Below are positions 15,879-20,000 of a DNA stretch of 20,000 nt, piece after piece. A model generated the notes under the pieces. The model did no database searches. It was not told the origin of the DNA and saw nothing but the letters and a program-made list of their open reading frames with translations. Source of the stretch: an uncultured virus (IMG/VR IMGVR_UViG_3300046532_001410). Its lineage: Duplodnaviria; Heunggongvirae; Uroviricota; Caudoviricetes. The position numbers and the translations under genes are program-made. Position 1 is the stretch's first letter. Every line of letters begins with the position of its first letter. The DNA lies in IMG/VR virus record IMGVR_UViG_3300046532_001410; one strand, given 5' to 3'.

Positions 15879-18212
15879 GTGGCAATTAATCCAGAAACAA
15901 AACAAGCTGTTTACTTAGCAAATCAAGAAAAAATAATTAAACTCACCGAAAAAGAGGCTGAGATTAAGAAAGAGATTGCCGCTGAAACAAAGAAAATTAA
16001 TGAGTTACAGAGTAAAGGTGAAAAAATTAGTACAAATGAGTTAAATAAACTTAAACTAAAACTAAAAATAAATCAAGAAAATAGCAAGGTAACCCAGAAG
16101 ATTGGTGTTATCCAATCCGAAATTGTCGGCGATATGGATAAAGAACAATTACTTGCGTTCGATATCAAAAAGAACTTAGCTGCTCAAAAAAACATCGAAG
16201 AAACCATTTTGAAGTTAAAAAGTACAGGTGTTAACATGAGTAGTAAACAACTTAGTTCATTAACTAAGCGAAAAGCTACAATGGATAAAATGTTAAATGT
16301 TCAAGTAGATGCTGCATCATCGGCTCAAGCATCCAATCAAATACAAGAAAAATTATTAGGTACACTTGGTATGAGTGTATCAGCATTAGGAGCAATGAAA
16401 GACCAAGCAGTATTATTTGGAAGGGCATTACTTACTAATCCGATTATTGCGGTAGGAGCAGCAATTGCTGCAATTGTTATGTACACTATCGATATGGCTA
16501 AGAATACAATGACTCTCTCAAAAGAGTTGGGTATATCAGCATCACAGGCATCAAAACTTAATAAAGAAATGGGATTTCTTGAACGAAAATTCTTAGGATT
16601 TTTAGGACAAGATGCAAATGCCATTACAAAAGCAATCGCAGATAATTTTGGAGATTTAAATAGATTTACTGAAATGAGTGTTAAGGATATTGCATTCTTT
16701 AGTATGGGATTGGGTACTTCTGGTGAGAATGTTGTTAAATTAGCAAAAGGAATGGAATCGGTATTACCGAGTATTTCTAATGGTGCTGAAGCAATGGATA
16801 AAATGCAATACTATGCTGGGTTAGCAAAAGAAAATGGTGTAGGGACTGGAGTAGTACTTGAAGATTTAGCTAGCAATACAGAATTATTTGCAGAGTTCGG
16901 AAAAGATGGCGGAGATAATTTAGCAAAAGCAGCAGTTCAAGCAAGAAAGTTAGGATTAAGTTTAGAAACAACTGGTAAGATTGCTAATTCATTATTAGAT
17001 TTTGAATCAAGTATAGAAAAGGAAATGGAAGCTTCCCTAATGATAGGGAAACAATTAAATTATAATAAAGCAAGAGAATTAGCACTTGAGGGTGATTTAG
17101 CAGGTGCAGCAGCAGATGTAGTAAGACAGATTGGTGGTAAGGCCGAACTTAGTAAAATGAATGTTCTTCAGAGGAGAGCATTAGCAGATTCTATTGGTGT
17201 ATCAGTAGAGGAAATGAGTAAATTAGCAAGTGGTAAGTTAGATATCAAGAGTGATAATGTAAGCCCAATTGATGCTCAAACTGAAGCAACTAAGATGTTG
17301 CAACAAACTACTGAAGATTTGAGAATGACTCTACTCAAGATTATTACACCACTTGCAATATTAGCAGATGTAATAACTGCTCTTGCTAAAAAAATGGGTA
17401 TTAAATTACCAAAAATTATGGGTGGACCTGGTAAAGTACCAAAGACACCAAATGTTAAAGGACCAAAAACTGGTGGTCTGGATAAAGCAAAAGCGATAAA
17501 AGATTCAGTTATTAAAACCGAAACTGGTAGATTTAAACCACAAGGAGCAAAAGGGCCTGGTTTTTTAAAAGAAGCTGATGCTCTTAAAAAGGTAGATGAT
17601 TTAGCTAAGACTGCAGGTGATGATTTACTTAAAGTTGGTGGTAAAGCTAGTAAATTTGTTAAAAGGGTAGCAGTACCACTCGGAGTAATATTAGATGCAG
17701 TAGAAATTGGGACTGTAATGATGGATAAAACTAAATCCAAAACTGATGTTGCTAAGACGGTAACTGAAAAAGCAGGTGGTTGGGCTGGAGCCGCAGGTGG
17801 AGCTTCTGCAGGAGCTGGACTTGGTGCAGCATTAGGAAGTGTTGTTCCAATATTAGGAACTGCAGTTGGTGGAGCAATTGGTGGTTTAGTTGGTGGTATT
17901 GGTGGATACTTTGCTGGAGAGTGGGCTACTGGAGAAGTTCTTGATAACACAGTCGGAATGTCAAGTGGTGGAGAATCCGATAAAGGTGTGAGTAAAGTAT
18001 TAGAAGAATTTTCTGATTTAGATAAAGAAGAAAGACAAGAACTTTATACTGCAATGGCTGGTAGTCAAGCACAAATTCAAGATTTCCTTAAAGCAAATAG
18101 TGGAATGTTTTCTGGGTTCACCGAAATGGGCGAAATGGTACAGATAATGCAAGAAGTTGCTAAAAATACTGGTAAGAGTGTAACCGAAATTGCTAATATG
18201 ACAAGAGAATAA
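15879..18212 (+). CDS. Tape measure protein
   Basis: 777 aa, helical and Ala/Lys/Glu-rich; LLDFESSIEKEMEASLMIGKQLN..KARELALEGDL; hydrophobic and Gly-zipper segments; GTG start; canonical position. Confidence 0.85.
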   Translation: MAINPETKQAVYLANQEKIIKLTEKEAEIKKEIAAETKKINELQSKGEKISTNELNKLKLKLKINQENSKVTQKIGVIQSEIVGDMDKEQLLAFDIKKNLAAQKNIEETILKLKSTGVNMSSKQLSSLTKRKATMDKMLNVQVDAASSAQASNQIQEKLLGTLGMSVSALGAMKDQAVLFGRALLTNPIIAVGAAIAAIVMYTIDMAKNTMTLSKELGISASQASKLNKEMGFLERKFLGFLGQDANAITKAIADNFGDLNRFTEMSVKDIAFFSMGLGTSGENVVKLAKGMESVLPSISNGAEAMDKMQYYAGLAKENGVGTGVVLEDLASNTELFAEFGKDGGDNLAKAAVQARKLGLSLETTGKIANSLLDFESSIEKEMEASLMIGKQLNYNKARELALEGDLAGAAADVVRQIGGKAELSKMNVLQRRALADSIGVSVEEMSKLASGKLDIKSDNVSPIDAQTEATKMLQQTTEDLRMTLLKIITPLAILADVITALAKKMGIKLPKIMGGPGKVPKTPNVKGPKTGGLDKAKAIKDSVIKTETGRFKPQGAKGPGFLKEADALKKVDDLAKTAGDDLLKVGGKASKFVKRVAVPLGVILDAVEIGTVMMDKTKSKTDVAKTVTEKAGGWAGAAGGASAGAGLGAALGSVVPILGTAVGGAIGGLVGGIGGYFAGEWATGEVLDNTVGMSSGGESDKGVSKVLEEFSDLDKEERQELYTAMAGSQAQIQDFLKANSGMFSGFTEMGEMVQIMQEVAKNTGKSVTEIANMTRE

Positions 18213-18213
18213 A

Positions 18214-19644
18214 ATGGGATTATTTGAAAAATTAAAAAACGATAAACTACAAAGTTTCGATTGGGATAAATCACAGATATCAGATTCCAATCAGAGTAAT
18301 TTGCCAGTAGGTGATATTACAATTACACCACCTATACCTGAATTGGGAGATAGGGGTTCAGAGATTGATGCACAATATAAAAAACTCGGTGGTAATAATT
18401 CATTACGAGGAGATGGTTTAGGATTTGATGAACCATTTATTATACGAGATATAGGTGATAGTTATGCTCATACAGGAATATGGGCAATTGATTTACCATT
18501 ACAAGTACAAAGAACTGCAGAAGATGTTATTAGAATAGCAAAGTTTGCAGCATCACCAAGAGGTGTTATCTTTGGATTAAAACAAGCATTATTACAAAAT
18601 CAAAACCCAAGAAAAGAAACGAGAAAATATAATCCACTAAGACAAATGTTATCTGTCGCACCATTAGTACACGCAGAAAGACATAACAAAACATTTCTTA
18701 ATCCTTTAGGTACACCACCAAGATATCAAGATGAAGTAGAGAATAGTGAAACTATTGATGCAACAAATGTTTCTAATGTAAAGGGAGATGGGTTAGCAGG
18801 AATTGGACAAAATATCGCAGCAGCACTTGGGTTTGGTGATGATGGGTTGAGTGGAGAAGTAGATGCTAAAGAATTTAATTTGGGGACTGGTAAAATAAAA
18901 AAAGGTACAGGTATTTACGAAGTGGGTACAAGCAATACCCTACAAGTTCCATATGGCGGGCAATACGGAAAGTTAAGTTATGCATCAGGTACTAAGGGGA
19001 ATAAACTACCTAAAGATTTTATAAAGTTTAGAATTAGAGATGCAGTGAATGGAAAGTGGTTAATCTTTCCTGCTCATCTTGGTTCAATAACAGATACTGT
19101 CACTCCAGAATATTCTACAGAAAGATATATCGGTAGACCTGATAGTGTACATATCTATACAGGTACTAATCGTAGTGTTTCATTTGATTTTAAAGTAGCA
19201 GCATTTACCAAACAAGAAATACCAATTATACAAGAGAAAATGAATTATTTAATGGGATTGGGATATCCAACATTCAAACCAATGTTTGATGGAGATGGTG
19301 AGGGTAGACCAGTATCACCTTATATTTATTTAACTATTGGTGATTTATTCAACAATACACCTGGTTACTTCGATAATATTACAATCACTATGGAAGAGAA
19401 TGCTACTTGGGAACTTGATGAGGGATTACAAATTCCTATGTTTTTTAATGTTAGTGTTAATTTTGTTTATATCGGTAAATACTTACCTACAACCTTGAGT
19501 AAACATTATGAAGTGCCTTGGTTAGAGGATAGTGGTCATGGTGATGGTAAATATCAGACATTTGGTGACCAAGACCCAACAAGTCTTGGTAGAGTTCCAA
19601 CCAGAAAAAAGGTCAAAACCGGCTGGTCAGATGGACTTAACTAA
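18214..19644 (+). CDS. Baseplate/tail tube initiator-like protein
   Basis: C-terminal FPAHLGSITD...YIGRPDSVHIYTGTNRSVSFDF...YLTIGDLF..TPGYF pattern suggests a tube-like fold; directly follows the tape measure gene. Confidence 0.65.
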   Translation: MGLFEKLKNDKLQSFDWDKSQISDSNQSNLPVGDITITPPIPELGDRGSEIDAQYKKLGGNNSLRGDGLGFDEPFIIRDIGDSYAHTGIWAIDLPLQVQRTAEDVIRIAKFAASPRGVIFGLKQALLQNQNPRKETRKYNPLRQMLSVAPLVHAERHNKTFLNPLGTPPRYQDEVENSETIDATNVSNVKGDGLAGIGQNIAAALGFGDDGLSGEVDAKEFNLGTGKIKKGTGIYEVGTSNTLQVPYGGQYGKLSYASGTKGNKLPKDFIKFRIRDAVNGKWLIFPAHLGSITDTVTPEYSTERYIGRPDSVHIYTGTNRSVSFDFKVAAFTKQEIPIIQEKMNYLMGLGYPTFKPMFDGDGEGRPVSPYIYLTIGDLFNNTPGYFDNITITMEENATWELDEGLQIPMFFNVSVNFVYIGKYLPTTLSKHYEVPWLEDSGHGDGKYQTFGDQDPTSLGRVPTRKKVKTGWSDGLN

Positions 19645-19952
19645 TGAATAGATATAAATTTACACGAGTTAAAAAAGATAACGTAGAGGGTGTACGATAT
19701 AAATCCACTACTCTTTATCCAAAGATAACTCGAAAAAATAGTGATATTACATATTATACAAAGTTTGCGGATTCTTATGGTTCACTGGCACATAGATTTT
19801 ATAATGACCAATCTTTATGGTGGATTATAGCAAAAGCAAATGAGGGTTTTAAGGGTAATATTAAGTTTAAAGTAGGTGAAAAAATAATCATACCTATGGA
19901 CCTTGGTGAAATAATATCGGAGTTAGAACGATTGAACAATAGAGTGGATTAA
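19644..19952 (+). CDS. Baseplate wedge LysM-like protein (T4 gp53/P2 gpX-like)
   Basis: DSYGSLAHRFYNDQSLWWIIAKAN...GEKIIIP; TAATG coupling to the previous gene. Confidence 0.8.
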   Translation: MNRYKFTRVKKDNVEGVRYKSTTLYPKITRKNSDITYYTKFADSYGSLAHRFYNDQSLWWIIAKANEGFKGNIKFKVGEKIIIPMDLGEIISELERLNNRVD

Positions 19953-19953
19953 A

Positions 19954-20000
19954 ATGTTTCAATTTAACAATATTCCACCAAATATACAGAAAAACTTGTT
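19954..20000 (+). CDS. Start of next gene (MFQFNNIPPNIQKNL...), 3'-truncated, likely baseplate
   Basis: ATG 1 nt after the previous stop; frame open to the window edge. Confidence 0.5.
   Translation, partial: MFQFNNIPPNIQKNL

Noticed and set aside
262..18290. Antisense and nested ORFs in the track (e.g. 262-564, 3672-4004, 7555-7872, 8431-8898, 11799-12002, 16337-16624, 17276-17950, 18018-18290)
   Set aside because: They are shadows of well-supported + strand genes, with low-complexity translations and no evident RBS or promoter.
10739..19952. Bacterial contractile injection system or tailocin
   Set aside because: Neck and head-closure genes are present, implying a capsid-bearing phage.
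1..20000. Stop-codon reassignment, CRISPR array, tRNA genes, introns
   Set aside because: Core genes are intact in the standard code, and I saw no spaced repeats, cloverleafs or interrupted genes.

Overview
An AT-rich, gene-dense segment of a large myovirus (contractile-tail phage) morphogenesis cluster, almost all on the + strand. Gene order: neck, head closure, tail terminator fused to a fibre-like domain, several Ser/Thr/Gly-rich fibre proteins, a stand-alone peptidase S74 chaperone, sheath, tube, small membrane protein, tail assembly chaperone with a likely programmed frameshift, tape measure, baseplate tube-initiator, LysM/gp53-like wedge. Many + strand genes follow a recurrent TA(T/C/G)TTAT(A/T) motif, a putative late promoter. 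The most unusual element is a ~650 bp minus-strand island between sheath and tube (13104-13740). It has two matching sigma70-type promoters (TTGACT-N18-TATATTAAGGTA), an unannotated 29-aa four-Cys microprotein, an 82-aa SH3/Tudor-like protein, a ~110-nt predicted nested double-pseudoknot RNA with an anti-Shine-Dalgarno tail, and a bidirectional terminator. A second compact structured RNA candidate precedes the S74 gene. All product calls come from motif recognition and synteny by eye; no searches were run.
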